64,000 bases of DNA from a virus (IMGVR_UViG_3300042257_000126:1-64000), one strand, 5' to 3'; shown: positions 27,741 to 39,262, counted from the first letter of the stretch. Program-made: numbers and translations. Notes: generated by a model not told the origin, from the sequence alone.

Positions 27741-30700
27741 TCATTGAATAATTTCTGCATCCTTATCATATTTCACAGGAAAATCCTGTGATGCTGCAAA
27801 CACAGCTTTCTTGGCATTATCGACAATCTCCCTCCATGACTTATCCAAAAAGTCAACCATCTCCTGCCCTTCCAAACCATCATTTGCTGCCTGCTGAACA
27901 GCTTTCTCAAAAGCCATTCCAATTGCCTGATCGTAGTCGTTAAACAACTCTACCTCGTTTCTCCTGCCGAAACCTCCCTTTAATTTTCTTCTAACAATAT
28001 TACCGTCTTCGTCATATAGCAAAAACGATGTGTTATTCATTTCGTGAATAGGGCGTTTGTACCCATTATTAAGATAATACTGAATCAACGGATTCTCCTT
28101 ACTGTTGCCAATAATCGACTTAACAGAAAAAGCAGCCGGTATTTCGTATCCAAACACGTCTAACGCCGTTCTCCCGAATGGCTTCACCTTGCCATAAAAC
28201 GGTATGTATTGCAACAACTTTTCATATCCTGTAATGGCAGTCTTGTGTGGTTCTCCATTTACGGTGTCCCATATATCTTCAAAATCACTAAACACACGTG
28301 GAACAGGTATAAACCCCGTTCCCATGCCTCCTGTAAGTTGAAGTAACTTATTAAAACCATCATCTCCCCCTTTGGTTATATCAAAGAAAGCATCTGTCAA
28401 TTTCCTTAATCCAAATATAGGCGTAGTTTCCAATATAAGCGGAATACTAACCAACAATCCTTCGAGAAACAGTGCCATATCCGATTTTTCGCTACCCTGA
28501 TACCTCTGCTGATCCCTCATGTACCCAATAGCCATCAATGGGGGGGCAAATTGGCGAAGCAAGCGATAGTCAATATGGAAATCCTTTTCGCGATTAAAGG
28601 GGTTTGTAACAATAATAGAATACTGCCTCCATCCAGTCGGTTCTAATTCTTTTTTGTTTCGTTTATAATCACCAGTGCCATTAAGCGTAATCTGCAATAC
28701 AGGGTCTTCGTCATCCTCTCCGGGTTCTGTTAATATGTACAACAGGGTATATAGTGTGGCAAGCTGCCATATCCATCTTTTAGATGTCGTTTTTTCCAAC
28801 TCAGTCATTTCAACCCTATAAGGATCGTTTTTACCCAAAAATATTCCATACCTGCCCTTTCTCGCACGATCAATAGCGACCAACAAATGACCGCCCAATG
28901 CACCTGTGGCAACGTTAGCAACTATACGGGTAAATGCCATAACTAATGCCAGTGGCTTAACCTTAATTTCCTTTCCTTCCTGAAAAGTAAAAACAGGTCG
29001 TCCCTTTTTGGTTATGTTTTTTAGTTGGTAAATAGGCTTTCTGAACGTCGCTTCAACTTTTCGTAACATTTGATTAGACGCCACAGTAACCACTCTTCCA
29101 ATAAGCCCATACGGAGCGATATTACCCAAAGTCCTTCCTGCTATATCATACGCATCTTGAACAATGTTAATCGGTCTGGCCTCGTTAATCAGCTCATAAA
29201 CACGGATAGCTTTTCCCATTTTGGAGTAACCTGTTCGTGGTTCTCCCAACGATTCTTGCAGGTCGGCATATTCTTGTGATTCTTTTTCAACCTTCGCCTC
29301 AATTGTTGCACGTATGTCCGGTGTCAATGCCAACTTTATGTCAATTTCCTTCTGCACTTGTCTTCGCAATTCCTTTGTCATTTTCTGACCATAATGTGAG
29401 GCCAACACCTCTCTTGTAGCCATTACGTCTGCCGCTACTTCCTGTGCAGACGCATAAATAAGTGAATCGAATCCCGGAAGCAACCTTAAATTGTACTTCA
29501 ATGCGTTCTTGTACCAATTCAAAAGTGTCATATTCACCTTGCCTATTATACCGCTACCCTCTGCTGCTGCAAAATCACCCCTTTCCAAAATACCCGGAAT
29601 ATCGAATCGTTTCTGAATAGGGGTAACGCCTGTCCACATCGTCTCTCTAAGCCGAACACCGCCCTCTTTCCAATATCCCCTAAAGTGAGCCAATATAGCA
29701 CGTTTTAACACCATCGGGTTAAGTCCCGCCATCTTGAAAGTTTCTACCCAAGAACTAATGTAAGCCTCAAAATAGTTCTTCGTATGAGTTCCCATGCCAA
29801 ACAAAACATTACCGTACCAAAACCCAATCGCTACTTCTGCCGGATCAACCTTTTGAAGCGAATACACATACGACATCAACCTCTGTGCATTTTTGTGGCG
29901 TTCCTGTGGGCTTTTGGTTTTCTGAACTAACATAGAAAGATTCTTTATTCTTGTTTTTTCCTCTGAGGTTAAATTCCTAACGCCATACAAATCCAACATT
30001 AATTCGTTACCCTCGACGGTATCAAGAGCGCCTATGTTGACCAATTCAATAAGCCTTGCTACTTCGTCTTTGTGTTCTTTTTTTGTTTGCTTTTTGTTTT
30101 TCTTTCCTAAGTACCTGTCAACTATTTTTGTTCCCTTTTCGGCCATCAGGGTATTAAACGCATTATCAATCACATCTGCCAACTCCTGTGCCGCTTCCCC
30201 ATCAAGTCCGGCTCTTTTCTGTAAATCTCTTATAAGTTGTTGTTTGTGTAACTCCTTGCGATCGTAATGATCCCTGACAACATCGTCAATCGAAATGTTT
30301 TGTTCTCTTAACGTATCCCGGATCAACTGTTGAACCTGCCGTTCAGACACAGAGAACTCAGTGGCATTTTTATAAGCCTGAGCCACTCTTTCTTTGTACA
30401 ACTCTTTTTGTTCAGCAGACAAATCTTCGTTCCCGTCAATCAGGTCATCAACTTCTTTCTTGGCTGCCTTCCATACACTCATGTATTTATCCTTGTTGAC
30501 AATAGCCTCTGTAACTATGTCAAGGGCTGATTTTCTTTTTGGCTTTTCACCTTCTTCTGCTCTTTCCTTAAATTTAGACACAAGGACGTTAACCATTTGC
30601 AAGACCGGATCATCCTTCTTTGTCTTTTTGTCAGCCACGTGTCCAAATTCTTTTAACGCCAACCTTTCAGCGGCCTCTTGTATCGCCTGTTCTTTTTCTA

Positions 30701-33700
30701 ATGTTTCAACATCCTTCCCGTCAATTTTAGGAATAACACTTTTTGCCTGTTCGTCTGTTAAGGTCAATCCAACATCAGCAGCATCTTTCTTTAGCTTTTG
30801 AACCAACTGCTTAATATTGACAAATCCGAGTTTAACATACTCAACGGCAATGTTACCAAGTATTTCAATTTCCTCACTTGACAACCCGACAATAGACATA
30901 CTTGCAGAACCACGCCTTGCTGCCCTTAACTGATCTTTAAGTGAAGATATTCTATTGCGTATCTTTTCCTTTTCCGGGTCTTTCTTTCTGGTAGCTTTTT
31001 TCTTGGCTTCTACTACACGCTGTTGTTTCCCGACTTCTCTTAGCACACTTCTTCGCAAATCACTCAACTCGCCTTCAACAATAGTCTTGGTGTCCTTAAA
31101 GCTCTTACTCTTGCGAATATCATCACGACGATTGGTAATGCTTCTTTCTATTTGCCTTGCTGTTTTATACGGTGTAAGAATTTCCATGATAAGTTTATTG
31201 CCAAATATAGCAACGTCCTGACCCGATTCCTTAGCCAAATTATCCTGCATGGACTTCATCACAGCTTGCTCCCTGTCAATAAAGTCATCACCGTTTTTTA
31301 AATCACCTGCCTTTAAGAACTTCTCTGCATGATTTGAATATTCCTGTGCCAACAACGCACCTACAACAGTTCGTACCCTGCGTGGTAATTGTTTGTTGTC
31401 AAATATACGCTGAATCTTATCCAAATCATTCAGTTCCATTATCGACTTGGCAATGGCAATAACATCTTCCTGCTTCTCAGGATCGTATTCGTGAAGTCCT
31501 TTTGCTGCGTATTCCTCTTTTGCTTTCTCACTAAATCCTTCACCAAAGGCATAACGAACACCTAATCTTGATTCCTTTACGCCTTTTTTTGGTGGCTTGG
31601 TTTCCACCCTGTCTTTCTCATCGTCCCGTACACGTACCTGTCGCACCTCTTTTTGCTCAGTCCCTTTTTCTTGCACTGGCTTTTTAACTTTTTCTCCAAT
31701 TTCTTCGGCATAACTTTTACTTTTTGTTATTTCATTGTCCTGTAAATCTTCAACCGGAAGGTTGTTTTCCTTAACGAATGACTTCACGCGATCCACCAAC
31801 GCCTGCCCCGCTAATTCAAACTCCGTCTTAACGTACTCAATAATGTCGTCAATAAGCTGCTTGCGAATCTGTTTACGTTCATCACCTACAACGTCTTTTC
31901 TTGCACCCGTTAGCCTTGCAGCATTCTCAAATATACGCGCCAACCGTTCCTTGTTCTCTGCTTTTTTTGTTTCGCGTTCAAGTTTGGCACGTCTCTGTTC
32001 CATACTTACCCCAACCACATCTTCTCCTAACATAGCACTGTACACGGCACGCATCTCGTCGTTCAACTCCAAGTCAATTTCACTGCCTGTGATACCATTA
32101 TAAATGTCAGTCAACCACTCTTTAAACCTGTCAAACACTTTCTGCAACGCTGTGTTCGGTGCTTTCCCTTCTGCTAAATACTTCTCAAACCCACGTGCAA
32201 ACTTCTCACTTGTTTCTGTTGTCCATTCTTTGTGTTTAGCCCATTTTAATACAGCATCGCGTTCTGCCTTGCTCATGTATTTTTCGTACAAGTGTGCTAT
32301 TTCGTGTAGCGGTGTGCTGACATTCGGGTCTGTCAACGCATGGATAATAGCATTACCATCCTCTAAAAATTGGATTGCTCCTTTTGCACCCTGTCCGCGC
32401 TGAAATTTAATGTGTTCTTCTATTTCAGCTACGTTTTCATCAAATATTACATAGTTAAAACTTTCTTCATGTGTTCCCTTGCGGGTTATTTCAGTAGGGT
32501 ATTTTATTCCATCAATTTTAGCATCAAGTAAAAACAAGGACGCTTCTTTAGGTGAACCTAAGTAAGACTCTATATACTTATAAACATTTTTACCATCAAA
32601 ATTATCATTCCGAGCAGACGCAGGAACAACACCTTCATCTCTCCATCTTTCAAGATTTTCCCCTAAAGATTTATCCTTTTCTTTTATTCGCTGAATAACA
32701 TCATTGGAAACTTCTTTATCCCACCTCAAATAATTAAAGTCATCTATCGCTCGGTCGCCGTGTAGTTTTACTTTGTAGAGGTTGCGCTGCGGAGATTTTA
32801 TGTTTTTTTCATCTATGCTTAGCACATCATCTTTTATCTTTTGTGCTATATTCATTTCTCTTTTTACTGCATAATAATCAGTGCCTAAAACATCAAAGTC
32901 TTCATCCGTTAAAGAATCGTCTTCAATCAACTTTTTATTTGATTTGATTATTTTATCCAAACTGCTTATTAAATCTGCTTTGCTTTTTGATATATCAAGA
33001 AGTGGATTGTTCAAGAAAAACCTATCTGACGCAAATTCATTGCCAAGCAAGGAGGAAACATAATCTCTAAATTCAATACCATTTACTTTGATAACATTCC
33101 TGTTCCCCATCTTAGCATACCCCTCTGCTATGCCTTTTCTGTCAGTAAAATACAATCCCCACCCAAACGCCTGCGCACCTTCTCCTGTTCCTATCTTGTC
33201 TGTTGTGAATTTCTCAAACGCATGAGGACTTCCATGCCAAACCGCCTGATACAGATTTCTTGATTCTTTGCTTAAATCTTCAAGTGTACTTTTCCTGAAC
33301 TCTATTTCAGAATAAACTTTGGACTTATTCACACCTCTACGTTTTGCTATCTTGCCGATAATTCTATCTACAACGACAGCCTGTGCCAACGCCTGCGCCC
33401 TGTTCAATCCAAATACTTCACGACCCGCTTTGTACACATCACGAACATTCTTTGGTTTTATTCCTGCGCCTTGTTCAACTTTGGCTGCTTCGGCTTGCGT
33501 AGGGGCTGTTTCAGCCACTTTCTCTTTCTGTGGGGTAGTAACACCTTTTTCGGGAGAAACGCGGTCTGAGGGCTTCTGTGGGGCTGTGGTGGGCTTTATC
33601 AATTGTGCGCTCGCATCCCTATCCAGTACAGATAAAAACGAAGTAGCCATATCAATAGCATCCTGTTCCGATTTTGCCTCAACAATAGTATTATTGTATT

Positions 33701-36389
33701 CCACCGCAACAGAACCGTCATTACGCTTTATGACGTCAACGGAATTACGAACACCACCCTCAATGATTTTGTTCGGGTATTTCTTTTTAGACCACACACG
33801 AATACGCTCAAACATTTTGCCACCGCCTCGATCTTGTGGTGCAGCAACATCTTCTCTGTCTATTTCAACATCAAATTCTTCTTTTTCCAACTTGGTTGGA
33901 TCATAGAAGTTCGTTCCAGACTTGTTAGTTTCAATAGGCTTATTTACCGCTTCCTCCCCTGCCGCTTCAACTGCCTCTGCCGTTTCCTCACCTCTTTCGG
34001 TAACTTCGTCTTCGGGTTTCTGTACCCCTTGTTGCGCTCCTTCGCGCTCTTGCATTTCTTTGCCATCTTCTTTTATCTTTGGTTTAACTTCAACAACTTC
34101 TTCTGCTCCTCTTTCGGTAACTTCGCCAGTTTCAGTTTCGCCGACAAACTTACCCGTTTCTGCTTGTTCTTTTGCATAATTTTCTAATTTAGTTATTTCT
34201 TCACCTAAAAATTCCTGCATGGATTCAATCTGTTCTGTCGTGTAAACACGAGAATCAGACTGCTTCATTGCCTCTAATTCATTGTACTTTTCATACAACT
34301 CATCGCTGGCTTTCTTTAAAAACTCATTGGTAACAGGTTCACCATTATCAAGCTGCTCCAACGTCAATTCAGTGTCATCGCTTATCTCTACGTCAGGCGT
34401 TGTTTCCAACCCCAACCGTGCTTGTGCTTCTGCTATCTGTCCGTCTAATTCAGCGTTACCCTCTTTTATTGCTTTCACACGTTCCTGACGATACAACTTA
34501 TCCACGTCAGCCTCTTTGCTTCCATCGGGTACTTCTACACCACGCTCTTTCAGGTAATCCAACTGTGTTTGCATTTCACCGACAGGTTCAACTTTGCCTA
34601 CGGTCGGGGTTTCTGTTTCGGCAACACGTTGTTCTTGCCAATTTTCATTTTCTGCTGTTTCCTGAACCCTTTCTTTAACCTTAGCTTTGGCGTATCGCAA
34701 AACATTAGCAGCCATGTCAGCAGGGTTCTCACCAAGTTCCTCTTGTGTTGCCCTGTCGTTTACACTCTGAATAATTAAATCATATTGTTCTTTTACGCCT
34801 AATTCAGTATCACTAAGGATAACGTCAACTTCTTCACGTATATCTTTAGGAACAATATTCTCAAGACGTTTCATCTTAACCTGATCGTACACGCGACCTG
34901 CCTTATCTAAGGTTGTAACAGCCCCTCCCGGTGCACCTACCATTATGGACACAGACCCTAACGTAACCGCAAGATTTTCTTTGTCCACAAATTCATTCCA
35001 AAAAGAACGAAAGTCTTTGTAATCCTTCGGAGCAGTAGCAATCTCACTAAACTTTTCTTCGGTGTATTCTTCTGCAATATTCTTAACAACGCCAGCATAT
35101 CCCTTATCTGTTGCAAAGTTGATACCCATCCTTCTAAAAATCCTATCGGCTGCACTGAGGGCATCTTTGGTAGCAGGATTCTTTAAAAAGATACGTTCTG
35201 AAAGCGTTTCTGCACCAAGTTCCCAATAATTGTCCAACATCGACTTGCCAAACGATTCACCCTTAGACACGTCCAATGCAATGTTGCGATACAATGTAGG
35301 CATTGCAGCAACTTGTATTCCCGACTGTGCCAACTTAGCCCACGCTCCAACACCCATACGGCTTAACTTTCCCGCCCCCGCAAGTCCCCTAATGGTAGTT
35401 GCAGTGCCAGCACCGGCGCCTGCCGTAGCTGCAAACTCTGCCATAAATCCAATGGACTGACCAACGGCTTCACCTATCTTGAACGAAGTGGGAACTTGTT
35501 CTAACAACGATGCACGTGTTTGATAGTTGTCAACAATAGCACGTGCAAGTATTCGCTCATCGGTAGTAAGGGATTCCCAAAATTCTTTTTTATCTGGATT
35601 GTCCGAAAACAACTTATCTTCCATCTGTTTAACAGCGGGATTAGAACGCAAATCATCAGAAAACTTAGCCCAATCCACCAACCATTTTTCAAGCCCTTTG
35701 CCCGTTCCGCTAACAATCGATCCCACACCACCTTCCTCAGATGCAGCCTGACGAACATTTTTAGTGTCCATTAAAAGTCGTTCAGTTGCTAACGCCTGTG
35801 GATTCTTTAACACTTCTTGTTCGTAATTCGTCCAATTCGGGTTTCCTGTATTTACATCTCCCATCATACCAAAAGACACCGGGGGACTGTAAACCTTTCC
35901 TTCAATAGCATCAACAGATGCTTTAATAGATTCGATATTTAACGCATTAACATCTTTTAATTTAGACTTGATGGCTTCAACATCTGAACTAAGTTCAGGA
36001 AAATACTCTGGCAACGCATTTAGCCTACGTTTCATATTTTCCACATCAAACAAAAATTCAGTTGGACGCTCTGCTGACTTAGCAGCCTGATTAACCTGAT
36101 TGTAAAAATCTAAAGATACACCCAAACTGTTTGCCGCTTCAACCTTGTCCTTATTATCGAACAATCCCATATAATCAGGAACAGATTCACGCTCCTGTTC
36201 ACGAAACGACAATCCCTGAGTAGTTACGTCGTCAGTCCCAACCGAAGTAGAAGGTTCTTCCAAAGATTTTGAAACTTCCGTGGAAGGTTCTTTTTTTTTT
36301 GAATCTCCTTCTATATCTGGCAATGCCGAATAATCGACTTCCTCAATATCCGGTAAAGCGTTATAATCTATTTGTTGTTTCTTAGCCAT
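27741..36389 (-). CDS. Large polyvalent (cargo/ejection) protein with ART-like and zincin-like domains
   Basis: 2882 aa; WHGSPHAFEKF...GEGAQAFGWGLYFT...DGIKY...NYVIFD (ART-PolyVal-like); STPLHEIAH (HExxH). Confidence 0.8.
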   Translation of the reverse strand: MAKKQQIDYNALPDIEEVDYSALPDIEGDSKKKEPSTEVSKSLEEPSTSVGTDDVTTQGLSFREQERESVPDYMGLFDNKDKVEAANSLGVSLDFYNQVNQAAKSAERPTEFLFDVENMKRRLNALPEYFPELSSDVEAIKSKLKDVNALNIESIKASVDAIEGKVYSPPVSFGMMGDVNTGNPNWTNYEQEVLKNPQALATERLLMDTKNVRQAASEEGGVGSIVSGTGKGLEKWLVDWAKFSDDLRSNPAVKQMEDKLFSDNPDKKEFWESLTTDERILARAIVDNYQTRASLLEQVPTSFKIGEAVGQSIGFMAEFAATAGAGAGTATTIRGLAGAGKLSRMGVGAWAKLAQSGIQVAAMPTLYRNIALDVSKGESFGKSMLDNYWELGAETLSERIFLKNPATKDALSAADRIFRRMGINFATDKGYAGVVKNIAEEYTEEKFSEIATAPKDYKDFRSFWNEFVDKENLAVTLGSVSIMVGAPGGAVTTLDKAGRVYDQVKMKRLENIVPKDIREEVDVILSDTELGVKEQYDLIIQSVNDRATQEELGENPADMAANVLRYAKAKVKERVQETAENENWQEQRVAETETPTVGKVEPVGEMQTQLDYLKERGVEVPDGSKEADVDKLYRQERVKAIKEGNAELDGQIAEAQARLGLETTPDVEISDDTELTLEQLDNGEPVTNEFLKKASDELYEKYNELEAMKQSDSRVYTTEQIESMQEFLGEEITKLENYAKEQAETGKFVGETETGEVTERGAEEVVEVKPKIKEDGKEMQEREGAQQGVQKPEDEVTERGEETAEAVEAAGEEAVNKPIETNKSGTNFYDPTKLEKEEFDVEIDREDVAAPQDRGGGKMFERIRVWSKKKYPNKIIEGGVRNSVDVIKRNDGSVAVEYNNTIVEAKSEQDAIDMATSFLSVLDRDASAQLIKPTTAPQKPSDRVSPEKGVTTPQKEKVAETAPTQAEAAKVEQGAGIKPKNVRDVYKAGREVFGLNRAQALAQAVVVDRIIGKIAKRRGVNKSKVYSEIEFRKSTLEDLSKESRNLYQAVWHGSPHAFEKFTTDKIGTGEGAQAFGWGLYFTDRKGIAEGYAKMGNRNVIKVNGIEFRDYVSSLLGNEFASDRFFLNNPLLDISKSKADLISSLDKIIKSNKKLIEDDSLTDEDFDVLGTDYYAVKREMNIAQKIKDDVLSIDEKNIKSPQRNLYKVKLHGDRAIDDFNYLRWDKEVSNDVIQRIKEKDKSLGENLERWRDEGVVPASARNDNFDGKNVYKYIESYLGSPKEASLFLLDAKIDGIKYPTEITRKGTHEESFNYVIFDENVAEIEEHIKFQRGQGAKGAIQFLEDGNAIIHALTDPNVSTPLHEIAHLYEKYMSKAERDAVLKWAKHKEWTTETSEKFARGFEKYLAEGKAPNTALQKVFDRFKEWLTDIYNGITGSEIDLELNDEMRAVYSAMLGEDVVGVSMEQRRAKLERETKKAENKERLARIFENAARLTGARKDVVGDERKQIRKQLIDDIIEYVKTEFELAGQALVDRVKSFVKENNLPVEDLQDNEITKSKSYAEEIGEKVKKPVQEKGTEQKEVRQVRVRDDEKDRVETKPPKKGVKESRLGVRYAFGEGFSEKAKEEYAAKGLHEYDPEKQEDVIAIAKSIMELNDLDKIQRIFDNKQLPRRVRTVVGALLAQEYSNHAEKFLKAGDLKNGDDFIDREQAVMKSMQDNLAKESGQDVAIFGNKLIMEILTPYKTARQIERSITNRRDDIRKSKSFKDTKTIVEGELSDLRRSVLREVGKQQRVVEAKKKATRKKDPEKEKIRNRISSLKDQLRAARRGSASMSIVGLSSEEIEILGNIAVEYVKLGFVNIKQLVQKLKKDAADVGLTLTDEQAKSVIPKIDGKDVETLEKEQAIQEAAERLALKEFGHVADKKTKKDDPVLQMVNVLVSKFKERAEEGEKPKRKSALDIVTEAIVNKDKYMSVWKAAKKEVDDLIDGNEDLSAEQKELYKERVAQAYKNATEFSVSERQVQQLIRDTLREQNISIDDVVRDHYDRKELHKQQLIRDLQKRAGLDGEAAQELADVIDNAFNTLMAEKGTKIVDRYLGKKNKKQTKKEHKDEVARLIELVNIGALDTVEGNELMLDLYGVRNLTSEEKTRIKNLSMLVQKTKSPQERHKNAQRLMSYVYSLQKVDPAEVAIGFWYGNVLFGMGTHTKNYFEAYISSWVETFKMAGLNPMVLKRAILAHFRGYWKEGGVRLRETMWTGVTPIQKRFDIPGILERGDFAAAEGSGIIGKVNMTLLNWYKNALKYNLRLLPGFDSLIYASAQEVAADVMATREVLASHYGQKMTKELRRQVQKEIDIKLALTPDIRATIEAKVEKESQEYADLQESLGEPRTGYSKMGKAIRVYELINEARPINIVQDAYDIAGRTLGNIAPYGLIGRVVTVASNQMLRKVEATFRKPIYQLKNITKKGRPVFTFQEGKEIKVKPLALVMAFTRIVANVATGALGGHLLVAIDRARKGRYGIFLGKNDPYRVEMTELEKTTSKRWIWQLATLYTLLYILTEPGEDDEDPVLQITLNGTGDYKRNKKELEPTGWRQYSIIVTNPFNREKDFHIDYRLLRQFAPPLMAIGYMRDQQRYQGSEKSDMALFLEGLLVSIPLILETTPIFGLRKLTDAFFDITKGGDDGFNKLLQLTGGMGTGFIPVPRVFSDFEDIWDTVNGEPHKTAITGYEKLLQYIPFYGKVKPFGRTALDVFGYEIPAAFSVKSIIGNSKENPLIQYYLNNGYKRPIHEMNNTSFLLYDEDGNIVRRKLKGGFGRRNEVELFNDYDQAIGMAFEKAVQQAANDGLEGQEMVDFLDKSWREIVDNAKKAVFAASQDFPVKYDKDAEIIQ
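33497..33572 (+). repeat. Dispersed tripartite element, copy D (inside a CDS)
   Basis: TTCAGCCACTTTCTC-N9-GGTAGTAACACC...GAGAAACGCGG. Confidence 0.45.
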
Positions 36390-38071
36390 TAATCTACAAT
36401 TTTATATTGGTCTCCAAACCGTGCCTGAACTTGCGCCTTCGTATAGTTCTTTCCTTTAGCTTCATTGTATTTAGAAACAGAAAGCACGGGTTTTTCATTT
36501 CCTTCACCCCGACCAGTCTCACCCTTTGTTTCACCAACATCAATCGGTTGAAGATTCATAACATCCTTCCCTTCTACAAGAGCTTTTTTTCTCCACCCTG
36601 CCAACAAGGGCTTGTGCCTTTCATACGGCAACTTAAAAATACTTTCTGCCCCTACATCTTTTTTCTTTCTGAACCTATAAGTGAACGTTTCACGTTTCTT
36701 AAACTTATCCCTTTTACTATCTCTGGTTCTATAATCAACAGTGCCAGACACCACAATTATATCGCCTTCTTCCCTCATGGGATTTAAAGATACATTATCC
36801 ACAACAATATTTCGATTGCCCTTTTCCCTTCTAAGTGTACTCTCAACCGCAGGTTGCATTTTGGAAATATCCTTCAAATCATCAACAGTAGCCAATTTTT
36901 TGTTGGCTGCCTCCTCTGAATCAATAGAAGTTCTCGTACCAATACCACCAGCAGTATCTAACGCTTCATACCCAACCTTCCCGTCTTTCATCACATATCC
37001 ACCTTCACCCTGCGCTAAGATGACCGGTTCCCCCGTTTTTTTGTCGTAACCAACACCCATTATACGGATAGGTTGCCTTCCGCTTATTGGCTTTCCTGTG
37101 GTTGTATTAATAGCACCAGATTCTTCCCCTATTATAGTTGGCTTTTCTGGTGTAGCAACGTCTCCGGGCGTACCTACCATTAAAAATTCCTGATCGCCAA
37201 ACGATACGTCCTGTAAATCATAATTTGTAGCACCCTTGTAGAAACCGCTATCACCTGTACTCTGACGATACGGCTTCATTTCTTCCAATATCCGTGTGAT
37301 GTTATCTTCCACAGCCTGCTTTTCACGTGCATACGCTTCTGGATTAAGAGAACCGTCAGGATTTGTGTAACGATATTTTATACGCGGGTCTTCCAACAAT
37401 CTGTCACGCAAATTAACCGCTTTCTCTGTTAATGCCTGTGTTTTCGGATCAAGACCAACCAATTCCGTCTGTTTAAACACATTTCCACTAAATCCACCAA
37501 CTGCGTATTGCTCTAATGATTTTAATTCGTTTCCGTAAAACTTCGACACAATATCACCAACGCTGGCCGGCACTCTGTTTTTCACAACCATTGCCAGCGG
37601 ATCACCAATAAACTCGCCTCTATCCAACGCTTCTTCTGCTTGCCTCAACTCATCAACAACACGCGGGTCATAAGAATCATAATTAGCAACAATCATGTCC
37701 TGTGCCTTCGCCAACTGCTTCAACTGAAAAACGTCTGCCGCCTGCCGTTTCTGTAAATCAACAAACCCGTCCTGTATTTCACGTTCATCGTCTAACGACA
37801 ATTTCCCCTGATTGCTTATTAATTTATTTCTTACATTATCACGATATTTTTCTATCTCTTTCTGATAACGAACACGCATATTTTGCGACAACCCTTCTAT
37901 TGTAGAAATAGACATTGCCTTCAATGCTTTCTTTACGTTTTCGCTTACCTCTAACTTATTAGCTTCTATTTCAGCCAAACGAGTTTCAACAGCAGAACGC
38001 ATGAATATCTGTCCTGCCGAAGCTATATCAAGTGGTGTGCTGCTTACGCCTGTTGCAAATCCGTTTGCCAT
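36389..38071 (-). CDS. Putative cargo/ejection protein
   Basis: 560 aa; sits between a small Gly/Gln-rich protein and the giant protein. Confidence 0.6.
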   Translation of the reverse strand: MANGFATGVSSTPLDIASAGQIFMRSAVETRLAEIEANKLEVSENVKKALKAMSISTIEGLSQNMRVRYQKEIEKYRDNVRNKLISNQGKLSLDDEREIQDGFVDLQKRQAADVFQLKQLAKAQDMIVANYDSYDPRVVDELRQAEEALDRGEFIGDPLAMVVKNRVPASVGDIVSKFYGNELKSLEQYAVGGFSGNVFKQTELVGLDPKTQALTEKAVNLRDRLLEDPRIKYRYTNPDGSLNPEAYAREKQAVEDNITRILEEMKPYRQSTGDSGFYKGATNYDLQDVSFGDQEFLMVGTPGDVATPEKPTIIGEESGAINTTTGKPISGRQPIRIMGVGYDKKTGEPVILAQGEGGYVMKDGKVGYEALDTAGGIGTRTSIDSEEAANKKLATVDDLKDISKMQPAVESTLRREKGNRNIVVDNVSLNPMREEGDIIVVSGTVDYRTRDSKRDKFKKRETFTYRFRKKKDVGAESIFKLPYERHKPLLAGWRKKALVEGKDVMNLQPIDVGETKGETGRGEGNEKPVLSVSKYNEAKGKNYTKAQVQARFGDQYKIVD

Positions 38072-38073
38072 AA

Positions 38074-38838
38074 TTAACCTCCTATTGGTTGAACGGGTTG
38101 ACGATTGTAGTTAATATTCAAAGTAGGTTGCTGATACCCCATATTATTAGACGGCAAACCCTGTCTCGATGGCTGATTCATAACATTGCCCCAATATTGG
38201 TTTTGTGGTGGTGTTAATCCGTATTGTTGCATCATAGCATCGTACTGATTTTGTGCACTTGCTACCTGCGCTGCTCCTGCTGCTGTACTTCCCAACGCAG
38301 ACATACCCATTCCTATTTCCTGCGTGCCTCTTGTTTGATACGCTTCTGCCTGTCCCAACATTTGATTGTAAGGATAAAGAACATTATACTGCCACTTCTG
38401 ATCTTCATATTGTGCCATTTGTCCTAACGCGCCTTGCAATTGGTTCTGCATCGTGTCGTACCGTCTGGCTCCCTGCATTACAATATCTTGTTCTCCTAAC
38501 ATCTGATTACCAAACACGGACGCTAACACGCCAAGAACATCACTTGAACTTGTTGCCGCTTGCTTAGCCTGACCCACTGCCTGTCCAGTCACCTGACCCA
38601 TCCGTTCACGTGCAATATCCTCACCGGGCATCCTCAATCCACTTGCCTGTCGTTCAGCTACCCCTAACGCAGCCTTAGCGGATTCAGGTATCTTGTATTT
38701 ATTTTTTTCGTAAAATGACTGTGCTTCTTTTAGCTTACGCGATCCTTTTACCCTGTCGGCAATGCCCAAACCAGTCTGCGCTAATCCGGTTACACCACCC
38801 ACAATAAGTCCTGCTGTCATTAATCCACCTAAAGGCAT
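38074..38838 (-). CDS. Putative cargo/ejection protein
   Basis: Gly/Ala/Gln-rich with a hydrophobic N-terminus, typical of podovirus internal proteins. Confidence 0.65.
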   Translation of the reverse strand: MPLGGLMTAGLIVGGVTGLAQTGLGIADRVKGSRKLKEAQSFYEKNKYKIPESAKAALGVAERQASGLRMPGEDIARERMGQVTGQAVGQAKQAATSSSDVLGVLASVFGNQMLGEQDIVMQGARRYDTMQNQLQGALGQMAQYEDQKWQYNVLYPYNQMLGQAEAYQTRGTQEIGMGMSALGSTAAGAAQVASAQNQYDAMMQQYGLTPPQNQYWGNVMNQPSRQGLPSNNMGYQQPTLNINYNRQPVQPIGG

Positions 38839-38839
38839 A

Positions 38840-39262
38840 TTATATTGTGTTAAATTTATACGCTACTCCACCATCAACTTCATAAAACTTAACACCACCG
38901 TTCTTTTCAAAAAAACGAATAGCGTTATAGTTGTCACTCCACACGCAAATAAAAAACGAATATCCAAGCAATTCTCTTAATGCCTCCCAGAACAATTCCT
39001 TTTTATCGCGGTGTTCTACCTTTATTCCAAAAGACCTGACAACGCTTAATTCTTTATCAACAGCAACAAAACCATATTCGTCACCATAAGAATAAACTTC
39101 TACGTTACCAAATCCATCAAACAAAGAACTCATGGTGTGGCGAACAAGCCCGTCTAAAGTTTTATCGTCTCCGTGCCATCTTCTTAAATACAAATCTTCA
39201 TCTGTACTAAACACGTTCCGAATAAGAACTTCTATTTCATCACCAAAGACTTGTTTCACCAT
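38840..39262 (-). CDS. GNAT-like protein (start reassigned to 39262)
   Basis: VWSDNYNAIRFFEKNG GNAT-type motif; -7 box at 39273-39280. Confidence 0.6.
   Translation of the reverse strand: MVKQVFGDEIEVLIRNVFSTDEDLYLRRWHGDDKTLDGLVRHTMSSLFDGFGNVEVYSYGDEYGFVAVDKELSVVRSFGIKVEHRDKKELFWEALRELLGYSFFICVWSDNYNAIRFFEKNGGVKFYEVDGGVAYKFNTI

Noticed and set aside
27741-36389. Virion RNA polymerase as in Crassvirales
   Set aside because: I found no DxDxD polymerase motif in context; the recognisable domains are ART-like and zincin-like.
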